DNA from: an uncultured bacterium
GTDB lineage: Bacteria > Actinomycetota > Acidimicrobiia > Spongiisociales > UBA5794
Length of the DNA stretch: 64,000 nt
Assembly: GCA_963801165.1 (NCBI GenBank)
Contig: CAWDDT010000011.1
Coordinates: 448,001 to 512,000, forward strand
Direction: 5' to 3'
Shown in pieces: positions 1-9,164 of the stretch. Both the position numbers and the translations under genes were made by a program. Position 1 is the stretch's first letter. Every line of letters starts with the position of its first letter. The notes below the pieces were generated by a model, which searched no databases, had not been told where the DNA came from, and saw nothing but the letters and a program-made list of their open reading frames with translations.

Positions 1-297
1 GGTGAAGTCGATCAACGCTCCTCCAACCGTGAACAGGTAGAAGATGAGCCCGGTCAGGAAGCCCAGGGTCAGTCCGACCACGGCGTTGGTGAACCCGGCG
101 GTGAGCAGCACCGCGACATCACCGGAGCCGGCGACCGGGGAGGCGAAAGTGAGACCGAGCGCCAACACGAGAGCGGTCCGCCCCAGCTTCGGGATGGGCT
201 TGAAGATCGGGGAAACGATGACGAAACCAACAACACGGATCCCGGCGAGCAGCATCCCCGCCACCCAGTCGGCATTGACCACGAGGTCGATGTTCAT
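1..297 (-). CDS. fliR: flagellar biosynthesis protein FliR (runs off window edge)
   Basis: Manual translation from ATG 297: MNIDLVVNADWVAGMLLAGIRVVGFVIVSPIF...; hydrophobic; follows fliP-fliQ. Confidence 0.88.
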   Translation of the reverse strand, partial: MNIDLVVNADWVAGMLLAGIRVVGFVIVSPIFKPIPKLGRTALVLALGLTFASPVAGSGDVAVLLTAGFTNAVVGLTLGFLTGLIFYLFTVGGALIDFT

Positions 298-301
298 GGC
301 G

Positions 302-571
302 CTAGCCCGAAATCGTCGGGATGAGCGACCAGAGCGAGATGACCCACGCCGTCAGGGTGTGGATCATCCACTGACCCGAGAACAGCACGATGAGCCCCAT
401 CACCACCAGCTTGGGGACAAATGTGAGCGTCATCTCCTGGATCTGAGTGATCGTCTGCAGCAGCGACACGGCAACGCCGACGAACAGGGCCGCCATGAGC
501 ATCGGGCCGGCGATTGTTGCCGCGATCCGGAACGCGTTGCTGACGATCTCGATGACCTGGGCATCGGTCAT
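302..571 (-). CDS. fliQ: flagellar biosynthesis protein FliQ
   Basis: 89 aa, motif LLQTITQIQEMTLTFVPK. Confidence 0.96.
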   Translation of the reverse strand: MTDAQVIEIVSNAFRIAATIAGPMLMAALFVGVAVSLLQTITQIQEMTLTFVPKLVVMGLIVLFSGQWMIHTLTAWVISLWSLIPTISG

Positions 572-1449
572 CAGAGGGCCCCCCGCACTGATTGCACCAC
601 CGATCCGATCAGCAACGCCCAGCCGTCGACGAGAACGAACAGCAGCAACTTGAGGGGTAACGAGATGAAGACGGGTGGCAGCATCACCATGCCCATTGAC
701 ATGAGAACGGCGGCCACGATCAGGTCGATGACGAGGAACGGCACGAAGATCACGAAGCCGATGATGAAGGCGGTGCGCAGCTCGGAGATTATGTACGCCG
801 GGATCAGCGTGCTGGCCGGCACGTCCGCCTCGGTCTCCGGCTGCGGCTGGCCGGACATGTCCATGAAGAGCCTCAGATCATCTTCCCGAGTCTGCGACAG
901 CATGAAGTCCCGGAAGGGCGCATAGCCCGCCGACACCGCTTCTGCCTGCCCGATCTCGCCATGGAGTAGAGGTTGGATGGCAACATCGTTCACCTCGCTG
1001 AAGACCGGTCCCATGACAAAGATCGTGAGGAACATCGCAAGCCCGATGAGAACCTGTGACGGCGGGATCGTCTGCACCCCGATGGCGTTCCTGGTGAGAC
1101 CGAGAACGATGATGAACCTGGTGAACGACGTCATCAGGAGCAGGATGCTGGGAGCTACCGCACCGACGGTAAGCAGCAGGATGATGATGACGGTGTTCGA
1201 GAGCGTGCCGCTGTCGGACTCGACCTTGAGCGAGATGTCGGGGATGTCCTCGACCCGGGGCACCTCGACAAGAGGGGTGGCCGTTGTGGGTGTGGTCGCG
1301 CTGGCATCGGGCGTCGTGGTCGTCGTCACGACGGTCGTTGCCGTCGCAGGCTCCGAGAACGGGGCTGGCTGCTGGGCAGCGGCCGAGCCGGTCACGATGC
1401 CGACAACCAGGACTGCAGCTACAACGAGAGCTCTACTTACGGCCCGCAC
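571..1449 (-). CDS. fliP: flagellar export apparatus protein FliP
   Basis: MTSFTRFIIVL, PPSQVLIGLA, SELRTAFIIGF, ISLPLKLLLFVLVDGW; N-terminal signal peptide. Confidence 0.97.
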   Translation of the reverse strand: MRAVSRALVVAAVLVVGIVTGSAAAQQPAPFSEPATATTVVTTTTTPDASATTPTTATPLVEVPRVEDIPDISLKVESDSGTLSNTVIIILLLTVGAVAPSILLLMTSFTRFIIVLGLTRNAIGVQTIPPSQVLIGLAMFLTIFVMGPVFSEVNDVAIQPLLHGEIGQAEAVSAGYAPFRDFMLSQTREDDLRLFMDMSGQPQPETEADVPASTLIPAYIISELRTAFIIGFVIFVPFLVIDLIVAAVLMSMGMVMLPPVFISLPLKLLLFVLVDGWALLIGSVVQSVRGAL

Positions 1450-1834
1450 CGAACGACCTCCACGGCGACTGAGCCGGACCGCGAACTGTCATCAGTTGCA
1501 GTCGGCGAATCAGGCCAATCCGTGGCTGTTCGGTCATTCCATTCATGGGGCTGTCTGCGGGGTCCGTCGCCGGATCTGCAACCACCTCTGGCAATGCGGG
1601 GAGCTCAGAGATGAGGCCGACACCGGACTCGCCGGCGCCGACGAGAAAACGCTGATCGTCAACCTCGACTACCGCGATCCAGGTGCTCTTGCCGAGGGCG
1701 GTCTTGTCGGTGATGCGCAGCCGGTTCGGCCGGCCCTTCTGCGACCTGCGCACATACCACCACAAGACAACGGGGATGGCGACCACCACAGCAAAGCCGG
1801 GGAGAATGTCGGTTATGACGTTGACGGCGATCAT
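1433..1834 (-). CDS. fliO: flagellar biosynthesis protein FliO
   Basis: One TM helix then LRITDKTALG...VVEVDDQRFLVGA; lies between fliN and fliP. Confidence 0.85.
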   Translation of the reverse strand: MIAVNVITDILPGFAVVVAIPVVLWWYVRRSQKGRPNRLRITDKTALGKSTWIAVVEVDDQRFLVGAGESGVGLISELPALPEVVADPATDPADSPMNGMTEQPRIGLIRRLQLMTVRGPAQSPWRSFGAGRK

Positions 1835-2241
1835 TCTTCGGTCTCACAGACCTTCGTGATCCTGACACCGAGTTGCTTGCCGACAACGACGATGTCGCCG
1901 CGAGCGATCATCGCTCCGTTGACAAGCACGTCTACCGCGTCCCCGGCTTCCCGGTCGAGTTCGAAGACGCTGCCGCGGGTCATCGAGACGAGTTTCTCCA
2001 CCTGCGCGGTGCCGCGGGCGATCTCGACGCTGACCCGAGTGGGGACATCCGAGAGGATCTCGATGTCGTGGCGGGCGGGCACTACGCCCGCCCGGTCGAG
2101 GTTCGGTAGGTTGGCCGGAGCCACACTCGGCCCCCCCATGGATGGCTCATCGACCGGAATAGAGCCTCCCAGGAGGGAGCCGACTGTGGCCTCGGCGATT
2201 GCTGCGTCTCGATTGGCTGTACCGCTGGGAATAGCCACCAA
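1831..2241 (-). CDS. fliN: flagellar motor switch protein FliN
   Basis: C-terminal SpoA domain: LSDVPTRVSVEI...VNGAMIARGDIVVVGKQLGVRIT. Confidence 0.9.
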   Translation of the reverse strand: MVAIPSGTANRDAAIAEATVGSLLGGSIPVDEPSMGGPSVAPANLPNLDRAGVVPARHDIEILSDVPTRVSVEIARGTAQVEKLVSMTRGSVFELDREAGDAVDVLVNGAMIARGDIVVVGKQLGVRITKVCETEE

Positions 2242-2298
2242 CGTACCTCCGTGATTTCCGGTCTGGATCGGGCCGCTGTATCTGCGGCTGCAGCCATT

Positions 2299-2325
2299 CC
2301 GTCGGCCGGATCAGGTACCAATCAA
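2299..2325 (-). promoter_or_regulatory. sigma28/WhiG-like promoter upstream of fliN-fliR
   Basis: TTGA-N15-GCCGACGG on minus strand. Confidence 0.6.
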
Positions 2326-2339
2326 GGGTTCGTCTCGAA

Positions 2340-2362
2340 CCTGATCGCCGAAGGCGATCAGG
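2340..2362 (-). terminator. hairpin after fliL
   Basis: Inverted repeat CCTGATCGCC-GAA-GGCGATCAGG just past the fliL stop; loop reads cUUCGg on minus strand. Confidence 0.6.
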
Positions 2363-2365
2363 CCA

Positions 2366-2830
2366 CTACTGAACGAGCACTTCGGTGACCACGACTCGCA
2401 GTACCTCACCTTCGGTGAAGACGCGCAATGCGGCAGCGGTGAGTTGATCCCGCAGATTGTCGAGCGCCCCGGCGCCCAGCATCTCATCGACGGTCAGGCC
2501 CGACACCTCGCCGAGCACCGCATCCTTGAGGATCGGCACCCTGTCCCCGATGACGGTGGTATCGCCGCCCTCGGGAAGCACAACGGCGAACCGGATCTTG
2601 GCGTAGTGAACGGGGTCACCGGCCAGCGTGACAGTCATCTCGTCCATTTCGATGACCGGACCCTCCGCCGGGACCGTCGTCGTGGTCATGTCGGCTTCCG
2701 GATCGCCACCGCCGCCACCGCTGAAGAACAGGAAGTATGCAGCTGCGAGCAACACAATCACTCCACCTACGATCCCGATCAGCTTGCCTTTGCCCTTCTT
2801 GGGCTCTTCGATGATTTCCTGGTCAACCAT
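2366..2830 (-). CDS. fliL: flagellar basal body-associated protein FliL
   Basis: KKGKGK + TM helix, then MTVTLAG..HY, ILKDAVL, VVVTEVLVQ; ATG 2830 has an RBS. Confidence 0.92.
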   Translation of the reverse strand: MVDQEIIEEPKKGKGKLIGIVGGVIVLLAAAYFLFFSGGGGGDPEADMTTTTVPAEGPVIEMDEMTVTLAGDPVHYAKIRFAVVLPEGGDTTVIGDRVPILKDAVLGEVSGLTVDEMLGAGALDNLRDQLTAAALRVFTEGEVLRVVVTEVLVQ

Positions 2831-3698
2831 TGGTGTCACCTCTGTCAACGACGACGACTAGCTCGACACGTCGGTTGGCCGCCTTGCCTTCGTCTGTTTC
2901 GTTACTTGCCCTCGGGCGGAACTCCCCGTAGCCGGTTGCAGCCAGCCGGGCAGGGTCGATTCCGTCCCATCCGGTCAGAGCCTTGAGCACCGCCAGGGCT
3001 CGATCCGTCGATAGATTCCAGTTGTCGTAGCCGTTCCTGTTGAGCGGCACGGTGTCTGTGTGACCCTCGACGAGGATCTCGTTGTCGAAAGTGACAAGTG
3101 TCGGCGCCACCGCAGCGATGATCGCGTCGCCGTTCTCACCGAACTCGGCCGATCCGCTCGCAAACAGCACGTGATCTGTCGCGATGGCGATCACCAGACC
3201 GCGAGCGGTTATCTCGAAGTCGACTGCCCCGACCAGCCCGGCGTCTTCGAGCGCCACGGAGATAGCGTCACGCACTCGGATCAGCTGCTCATCGTTCACG
3301 ATGACGTTGCCGTCGGTTTCGGACACACCAGACCCCGGGTCGGGGTCGGTGTTCTCGTTCGGCGGCTGGACCGTGGTCTGCGTCGTGTGGTTGCTTGTGT
3401 TCACATCCGGAAGACCATCGAGCAGGGCGGGAGCGCCAAATGTCTCGAAGTTGGTTGTCCCGTCACCCAACTCGGCGCCGACAAGCCCGGTGCTGGCGTT
3501 GAGCAAGCCCTCCGATACCGCCGGGTTGTGGAAAGGGTCGGCGAGACCGGACACGAACATCTGGAACTTCTGCTGGTCGACCTGCGAGATTGCATACAGC
3601 ATCACGAAGAACGCCAGCAGCAGAGTGACTACATCGCCATAGGTGGTCAACCAACGCAGCTCGTTTGGCTCTTCAACCTTCTTGCGCTCGCGTGCCAT
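2823..3698 (-). CDS. motB: flagellar stator protein MotB (OmpA-like PG-binding domain)
   Basis: WLTTYGDVVTLLLAFFVMLYA TM with the conserved Asp; EGHTD, NWNLSTDRA, NRRVEL. Confidence 0.96.
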   Translation of the reverse strand: MARERKKVEEPNELRWLTTYGDVVTLLLAFFVMLYAISQVDQQKFQMFVSGLADPFHNPAVSEGLLNASTGLVGAELGDGTTNFETFGAPALLDGLPDVNTSNHTTQTTVQPPNENTDPDPGSGVSETDGNVIVNDEQLIRVRDAISVALEDAGLVGAVDFEITARGLVIAIATDHVLFASGSAEFGENGDAIIAAVAPTLVTFDNEILVEGHTDTVPLNRNGYDNWNLSTDRALAVLKALTGWDGIDPARLAATGYGEFRPRASNETDEGKAANRRVELVVVVDRGDTNG

Positions 3699-4489
3699 CA
3701 GGCTGCCTTCCCGGATACACGCTTCGAGCGCTCGTGATGCCCGAGCCGCTGGCTGGGGTTGATGTAGGCCTCGAGCCGTTCCACGACCATGCGGGGGCTC
3801 GCTCCCCCTTGCACGGCGAGGATGCCGTCCATGACCAGGTCCTTCTGTGCCATCTCCAGGTCATGGAGACGCTGCAGCTTCATGGCGATGGGGAGAAAGA
3901 CGAGGTTGGCGAAGACGACACCGTATAGCGTGGTGAGCAGGGCTAGCGACATGCCGATACCGAGCTGCTCTGGATCGGAGAGGTTGCCCAGCATGTTGAT
4001 CAAACCGACGACGGTGCCGAGCATGCCCATCGTCGGGGCATAGCCACCCATCGCCTTGAGAAACGAGATGACCGGAGCGTGTCGCTCTTCGAGGGCTGCC
4101 AACTCGATCTCCATCACCTCGCGCACCAGATCTCCGTCGACACCGTCAACCACCTGCTGCAACCCGAGCTTCATGAAGAGATCGTCGAGCGTCTCCAACT
4201 GCTCCTCCAGGGCGAGCACACCCTCCTTCCTGGCGATCTCGGCGAACTTCATCAGGCGGTCGATGGCATCGCTCGGATCGGGCTCCTTGCCGGTGAACGA
4301 CAGCAGAATGCCCTTGGGCACAGGTTTGATGTCCTTCAGCTGAAAACCGGTGAAGGACACACCGACGGTGCCCAAGATCACCAGCACGAGCGACGAAGGG
4401 CCGATGAGAGCCCCGAACGAGTTGCCATCCATGATGGTGGAGATCACGATCGCCATGATGGCGACGATGATGCCCCCGTAGGTGGTCAT
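3698..4489 (-). CDS. motA: flagellar stator protein MotA
   Basis: ARKEGVLALE, YAPTMGMLGTVVGLI, ALLTTLYG. Confidence 0.96.
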   Translation of the reverse strand: MTTYGGIIVAIMAIVISTIMDGNSFGALIGPSSLVLVILGTVGVSFTGFQLKDIKPVPKGILLSFTGKEPDPSDAIDRLMKFAEIARKEGVLALEEQLETLDDLFMKLGLQQVVDGVDGDLVREVMEIELAALEERHAPVISFLKAMGGYAPTMGMLGTVVGLINMLGNLSDPEQLGIGMSLALLTTLYGVVFANLVFLPIAMKLQRLHDLEMAQKDLVMDGILAVQGGASPRMVVERLEAYINPSQRLGHHERSKRVSGKAA

Positions 4490-4491
4490 CG

Positions 4492-4737
4492 CTACTCCCC
4501 CTCACCGTCGATTGCAAACAACTTGGCGCGGCCACGAGGTTGCTTGTTGTGGGCGGCGGCGAGGACGGAAGCACGGATCCGCTCGATCCTGGCGACGAGA
4601 TGGTCGGGCACATCTACAACAACCATGCGTCGCCCACCGGCGAGAACTATGACCGTGTCGGGTGTCTCTTCGATCGCCTCGATGAGGTTGGCGTTGAGAA
4701 GCACCGTGTGGCCCGCAATAGGCGTCACCGGAATCAT
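4492..4737 (-). CDS. flbD: flagellar FlbD family protein
   Basis: LLNANLIEAIEETPDTVI motif; directly upstream of motA. Confidence 0.9.
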   Translation of the reverse strand: MIPVTPIAGHTVLLNANLIEAIEETPDTVIVLAGGRRMVVVDVPDHLVARIERIRASVLAAAHNKQPRGRAKLFAIDGEGE

Positions 4738-4802
4738 TGAGTCGCACCTCCTTGTGCATACCTGCCCGAATCCGTTTGGGCCGATTCAATTCCGTTGTCT
4801 TA

Positions 4803-4829
4803 CTGTCGGGAGCCGCGGCTCCCGCTTAA
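4803..4829 (-). promoter_or_regulatory. sigma28-like promoter for flbD-motAB-fliL, with an 18-bp palindrome
   Basis: TTAA-N15-CCCGACAG; perfect palindrome CGGGAGCCGCGGCTCCCG at 4807-4824. Confidence 0.55.
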
Positions 4830-4896
4830 TGACCATTTCGGGATCGAGGTCAGAAGAAATCGCGCCCTCGACACACCGTGCGCTGGTCCCCGGGAC

Positions 4897-5313
4897 TCAC
4901 CCGGAATGCGCGGGGGCCCTGACCTCGATCACGTTGGCGAGCGGGATCTTGATGCCGGAGTCGAGCTCCAGAATGGGCCCGTCTGCGGTGAAGCGGACTG
5001 TGTCGACAACGCCGGTGACGGCGTCACCGGCCACGGAGTAGGCGCTCACCTCTTTGCCGACCGTGCCCATCGCCAATGTGGTTTGCTGGAAGCCCAGCAG
5101 AGCCTGATTCGTCTCGGAGATCGCCTTGAGGGTCTCGACCGTCGTGAACTGGGCTGTCTGCTGCAACATGGCGCTGGCGTCTGTCGGAGAAAGCGGATTC
5201 TGGTAGCGCATCTGGGCAACGAGCAACTTGAGGAACGCGTCGCTGTCGAGTTGCCCGAGCGATGAGGAGACCGAAGTCGTCTGATCGCTTGCTCCCGTTA
5301 CGGGTTCAATCAT
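4897..5313 (-). CDS. flgD: flagellar hook capping protein FlgD
   Basis: LDSDAFLKLLVAQMRYQNPLSP...QTAQF. Confidence 0.95.
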   Translation of the reverse strand: MIEPVTGASDQTTSVSSSLGQLDSDAFLKLLVAQMRYQNPLSPTDASAMLQQTAQFTTVETLKAISETNQALLGFQQTTLAMGTVGKEVSAYSVAGDAVTGVVDTVRFTADGPILELDSGIKIPLANVIEVRAPAHSG

Positions 5314-5324
5314 GATATCTCTCC

Positions 5325-6731
5325 TCAGATCCTGAGGTCGTTGTCGGCGGGCCGGGCGTAGCTGGGACGGGAACGGCGGGGCAGATCGGGCACTTTCTCG
5401 TACTGCTGATTGCCGCCCCGTCGGCGACCGTCTCCCGTCATCACGAAACCCCTGTCGGCGAGAACACCCTCTAGCTCGCTCAGGAACGGCTGCAAACCGC
5501 CAACCTGCGCAGAGGACGATGCGGGAACGACGTGGACTTCTGCACCACTGCGCACCGAGACTACGAGACGCAGTCCATCTATCTCCGGGATGTCGACGAT
5601 CATGGTCCGTGGCGGCGGCTGGGTTGATTGCATCTCGACCGCACGGAGGACGCGCTCGGCGAGCGCGGTGTGCTGGATCGGGATCGCCTGCTCGCCAAAG
5701 TTGCTCACGGTGGGGATAGGCCCGGACGTCGTCTCCGGGCTCAGCGAGGGCATCGTGGCTCCAGTGTGAGTTGTGGCAGGCTCGAGTCGCACTCTGGTGT
5801 CGCGGACCTGCACCGGGGTGCCTTCGGTCACCGCAACCCCCGCGCTCTGCAGCGCAACGGTTCGCTCTCCGGCGAGCCCGACGGCAGGGGGCGGGACGGA
5901 ACTCGCCGCGGCCATGTGAACGCTGTCGTGGTTGACCGCGACCGGCTGCTCACCGGCGTCCCCGTGGTCCGGGAGACGGGGTTTCGACACATGGTTCGGC
6001 GAGATCGGCACAAACCCGGTTTCGACGTCGTCGCGGACGGGCTCCGTCCCGGCGGCACCACCTTCGACTGGCGGCCCGGCAAGCAGGTCCGGGTCACTCA
6101 CCACCGGCGCCACGGACTCCGCCGGAGTGGGCACCGGCTGGACCGGTCCCCCCTTCTCTGGTGTCGCCGGCTCGGCGACCACCGGAACCATGGTCTGCCC
6201 GACCTCCGGCGCTGCCGACGCGCTGTCGAGGGTGTCTGCCGGCTGGACCCCGGCGCCGGTCTGCTCGGTGTCATTCGAGACAGGGGCCGCATCGGCCGCT
6301 ACGACCGCAGGGACCACAACCGCAAGGATCGCACTGTCGCCACCATCGTCGGTCGGTCGCTCGGGCAGCCCCGGTTTCACAGCCACCGGAGCCGTTCCGT
6401 CACCGTTGACCGGATCAGCCTGGTCGACCGAATCACCGGTGCCGGGTCGGGCCAGGACAAATGGGCTCGGTGCGCCGGACGCAGCCACCATACCTTCCAC
6501 GCCAACCCGGCGGGCGGGAGCGGTATCGGCATTTCCTTCACTATCGCCGGCAGTCTGTTCCCCACCGCCGGCGTCGCCGTTGCGGCCGGCAAACAGGTCG
6601 CCCATCGACTGCGGCACAAGACCCAGGGTCTGTGCGAGCATCTCGCCAAAGGTCATGTCACCGTGCTGCGCGTTGGCCGGAGCCGGCGACGAAGACAGGG
6701 GCAGCAGGTTGTTCTGCGGTTCGATCATCAC
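5325..6731 (-). CDS. fliK: probable hook-length control protein (FliK-like)
   Basis: Long Pro/Ala-rich low-complexity protein with a small C-terminal globular domain, directly upstream of flgD; call is mainly positional. Confidence 0.6.
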   Translation of the reverse strand: MMIEPQNNLLPLSSSPAPANAQHGDMTFGEMLAQTLGLVPQSMGDLFAGRNGDAGGGEQTAGDSEGNADTAPARRVGVEGMVAASGAPSPFVLARPGTGDSVDQADPVNGDGTAPVAVKPGLPERPTDDGGDSAILAVVVPAVVAADAAPVSNDTEQTGAGVQPADTLDSASAAPEVGQTMVPVVAEPATPEKGGPVQPVPTPAESVAPVVSDPDLLAGPPVEGGAAGTEPVRDDVETGFVPISPNHVSKPRLPDHGDAGEQPVAVNHDSVHMAAASSVPPPAVGLAGERTVALQSAGVAVTEGTPVQVRDTRVRLEPATTHTGATMPSLSPETTSGPIPTVSNFGEQAIPIQHTALAERVLRAVEMQSTQPPPRTMIVDIPEIDGLRLVVSVRSGAEVHVVPASSSAQVGGLQPFLSELEGVLADRGFVMTGDGRRRGGNQQYEKVPDLPRRSRPSYARPADNDLRI

Positions 6732-7414
6732 GCGACGCCTCCGAGTTGTCTGTAGTAGTCGAGAACCCGGGGCACATACGCCCGAGTCTCAGCAATATTG
6801 GGTATTCCACCGGCTTGGCGAACCCGGCCCGGTCCTGCGTTGTAGGCAGCGAGACCCAGGTCGATGGAGCCGAATTCCTTGATGGTCCAGGCCAGATACC
6901 GGGCACCACCGTCGAGATTCTGTGCGGCATCCTCGGGATCCACCCCGAGCCCTTGTGCGGTTGCCGGCATGAGCTGGGCGAGCCCGGTCGCACCCGACGG
7001 CGAGACGGCCGCAGCATCGAAACCGGACTCCTGCCACACCAGGGCCGCTAGCAGCCGCGGGTCGATGCCTGCGTCGGTGGCAGCGCACTCGATCTGGTCG
7101 GCCCACTGTTGCCCTGCGGCGGGAAGCAGACCCCGCCAGTAGTTTGTAGCGCCGGTGAGAACCGATCCGGACCTGGTGATGATGGGCGTTCCCAGGATGC
7201 CGATCGGCACCGCCGTCGTGGTGGTCGCCGGGTTTGCCAACGGAGCAACGGCGAACGTGTCCGGGCTGGATGTCTCCACCTGGGCTGCCGCGAGAGTCTC
7301 GGCAAAGCTGGCCCTGGTGGACCCGCTGCTGTGCGAGGTGGCAAGGTTGTGCCGGAAGTGGCTCTGGATCTCCCCGATCCGGCTGCCCGCAGCGAACAAC
7401 GAGGACACCGTCAT
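6728..7414 (-). CDS. lytic transglycosylase (SLT domain), flagellum-associated
   Basis: WQESGF (catalytic Glu), GATGLAQLMPATA, LAAYNAGPG, ETRAYV. Confidence 0.92.
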   Translation of the reverse strand: MTVSSLFAAGSRIGEIQSHFRHNLATSHSSGSTRASFAETLAAAQVETSSPDTFAVAPLANPATTTTAVPIGILGTPIITRSGSVLTGATNYWRGLLPAAGQQWADQIECAATDAGIDPRLLAALVWQESGFDAAAVSPSGATGLAQLMPATAQGLGVDPEDAAQNLDGGARYLAWTIKEFGSIDLGLAAYNAGPGRVRQAGGIPNIAETRAYVPRVLDYYRQLGGVA

Positions 7415-7848
7415 ACGAGACCATCTCCCATCCTCGTGTGCATCATGCCCGCGAGGTCGTCCAGCGCCTTCTCAGCCGCCTTGGCCGCTTGCTGGACGGT
7501 CTCCTGCTTCTTCTTCTCGTCGAGGCGCTCGGCAGCATCGAGGTCGGCCGCGGCGCGGCGCCAAGCCTCAGACTTGGCGTGTACCGCACGCTCGGATTGC
7601 GCCACGACTTGAGTGGCCGCGGTGAGCATCTCGTAGGACCCCAAACCACGCAACTGCAGGGAGCGCAGTTGCGCCGAACTCAGGATGTCCTCGGGCCGGA
7701 GCGTCTCCCGATGCCTCTCCTTCAGCTCCTCGAGTTTCCGGCGAGCTTGCTCGTGAGCCTGCCGGGTAGTGGCCAACGACGCCCGCGCCTGCTTCTCGTC
7801 GATGGCGCGGAGCCGGGACAGCACATTGAATGGGTTTCGCTTCATCAT
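7411..7848 (-). CDS. fliJ: flagellar export protein FliJ
   Basis: Coiled-coil protein from ATG 7848 (MMKRNPFNVLSRLR); start overlaps the fliI stop. Confidence 0.8.
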   Translation of the reverse strand: MMKRNPFNVLSRLRAIDEKQARASLATTRQAHEQARRKLEELKERHRETLRPEDILSSAQLRSLQLRGLGSYEMLTAATQVVAQSERAVHAKSEAWRRAAADLDAAERLDEKKKQETVQQAAKAAEKALDDLAGMMHTRMGDGLV

Positions 7849-9164
7849 GTGGTCGCTCCGAGCTGCGGTCGGAGGGCCTCGAACTGGGCCCAGGCGTCCT
7901 CGAAGGCGACAATCTCTTCTGACTTCTGCCGCAGGAACTCGACCAGGGCGGGCTTGGCCGCGAGTCCCCGGTCCGCCGCCGGGTTCGTGCCGGGTACATA
8001 GGCGCCGACCTCGACGAGATCGCGCACCTCCTCGGCGGCGGCAAGCGCATCCTGAGCCGCGGTCACCAGAGCGCGCCGCTCGGCCGATACCAGGCGGGGG
8101 GCGAGACGAGACAGGGACGCCAACGGATCGATAGCAGGGTACCGACCCGAGATTGCGATGCGACGGTCGAGAACGACATGGCCGTCGAGGATGGAGCGGG
8201 CCGTGTCGGCGATCGGATCGTTCATGTCGTCGCCCTCGACCAGGACGCTGTAGTAGCCGGTGATCGTGCCCTGCGCCCGCGGCCCGGCGCGCTCGAGCAG
8301 CCGCGCCATCAACGAGAACACCGATGGGGTGTACCCACGTGCCGTCGGGGGCTCGCCGGCGGCGAGACCGATCTCGCGCTGCGCCATGGCAAGCCGGGTG
8401 AGCGAGTCCATGAGCAGCAGAACATCGTTGCCCCGGTCGGCGAACCACTCGGCGATCCGGGTGGCCAGCAGGGAGGCGCGGAGCCGCATCAGGGCAGGCT
8501 GGTCACTCGTGGCGACAACGACGATTGACCGTGCCATCCCGTCGGGCCCCAGTTCGTCCTCGATGAACTCACGCACCTCACGTCCGCGCTCCCCGATCAG
8601 AGCGAGGACGGCAACATCGGCACCGGTGCCGCGCGCCATCATTCCGAGCAGCGTCGACTTGCCGACACCCGACCCGCCGAAGATCCCGATCCTCTGTCCT
8701 TTGCCGGTCGTGCAGAACGTGTCGAGCACCCGGATCCCCGTCGGGAGCGGCTGGGCGATTCTCATTCTCTCGAGCGGCGAGGGTGCCGGGGCCACGACGT
8801 CGGTGGGCTCGCCCTCCAGCGCGGGTCCGTTGTCGAGGGGGCGACCGAGACCATCGATGACCCGGCCGATCAGCGACTCGGTCATCTGCATCGAGAGACC
8901 GGCCCGATCGGTGGTGGCAACATCACCCTTACCGATGCCGGACACCTCACCGTATGGCAGTACCCGGGCACCTTCGGGGGTCAGTGCGATCACCTCGGCC
9001 TGACGAACCGCGTCGTAGGTCCGGATCGCCAACGAGTCGCCGATCTTCAAGCGGAGTCCTCGCACCTCGAGCTCATGGGTAGTTACCCGGGCTACCCGAC
9101 CGGAGACACGCCAGGGCGACACTCCTTCGAGCTGGTCGAGCCGGGCACGGAGCAGAGCGGTCAC
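7845..9164 (-). CDS. fliI: flagellar export ATPase FliI
   Basis: GGSGVGKS Walker A, GERGREV, MDSLTR, LLERAG, ILDGH. Confidence 0.97.
   Translation of the reverse strand: MTALLRARLDQLEGVSPWRVSGRVARVTTHELEVRGLRLKIGDSLAIRTYDAVRQAEVIALTPEGARVLPYGEVSGIGKGDVATTDRAGLSMQMTESLIGRVIDGLGRPLDNGPALEGEPTDVVAPAPSPLERMRIAQPLPTGIRVLDTFCTTGKGQRIGIFGGSGVGKSTLLGMMARGTGADVAVLALIGERGREVREFIEDELGPDGMARSIVVVATSDQPALMRLRASLLATRIAEWFADRGNDVLLLMDSLTRLAMAQREIGLAAGEPPTARGYTPSVFSLMARLLERAGPRAQGTITGYYSVLVEGDDMNDPIADTARSILDGHVVLDRRIAISGRYPAIDPLASLSRLAPRLVSAERRALVTAAQDALAAAEEVRDLVEVGAYVPGTNPAADRGLAAKPALVEFLRQKSEEIVAFEDAWAQFEALRPQLGATT

Noticed and set aside
6728-7414. Lytic transglycosylase in the flagellar operon as a novelty
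   Set aside because: Peptidoglycan hydrolases at the fliJ-fliK position are a known feature of Gram-positive-type flagellar clusters.
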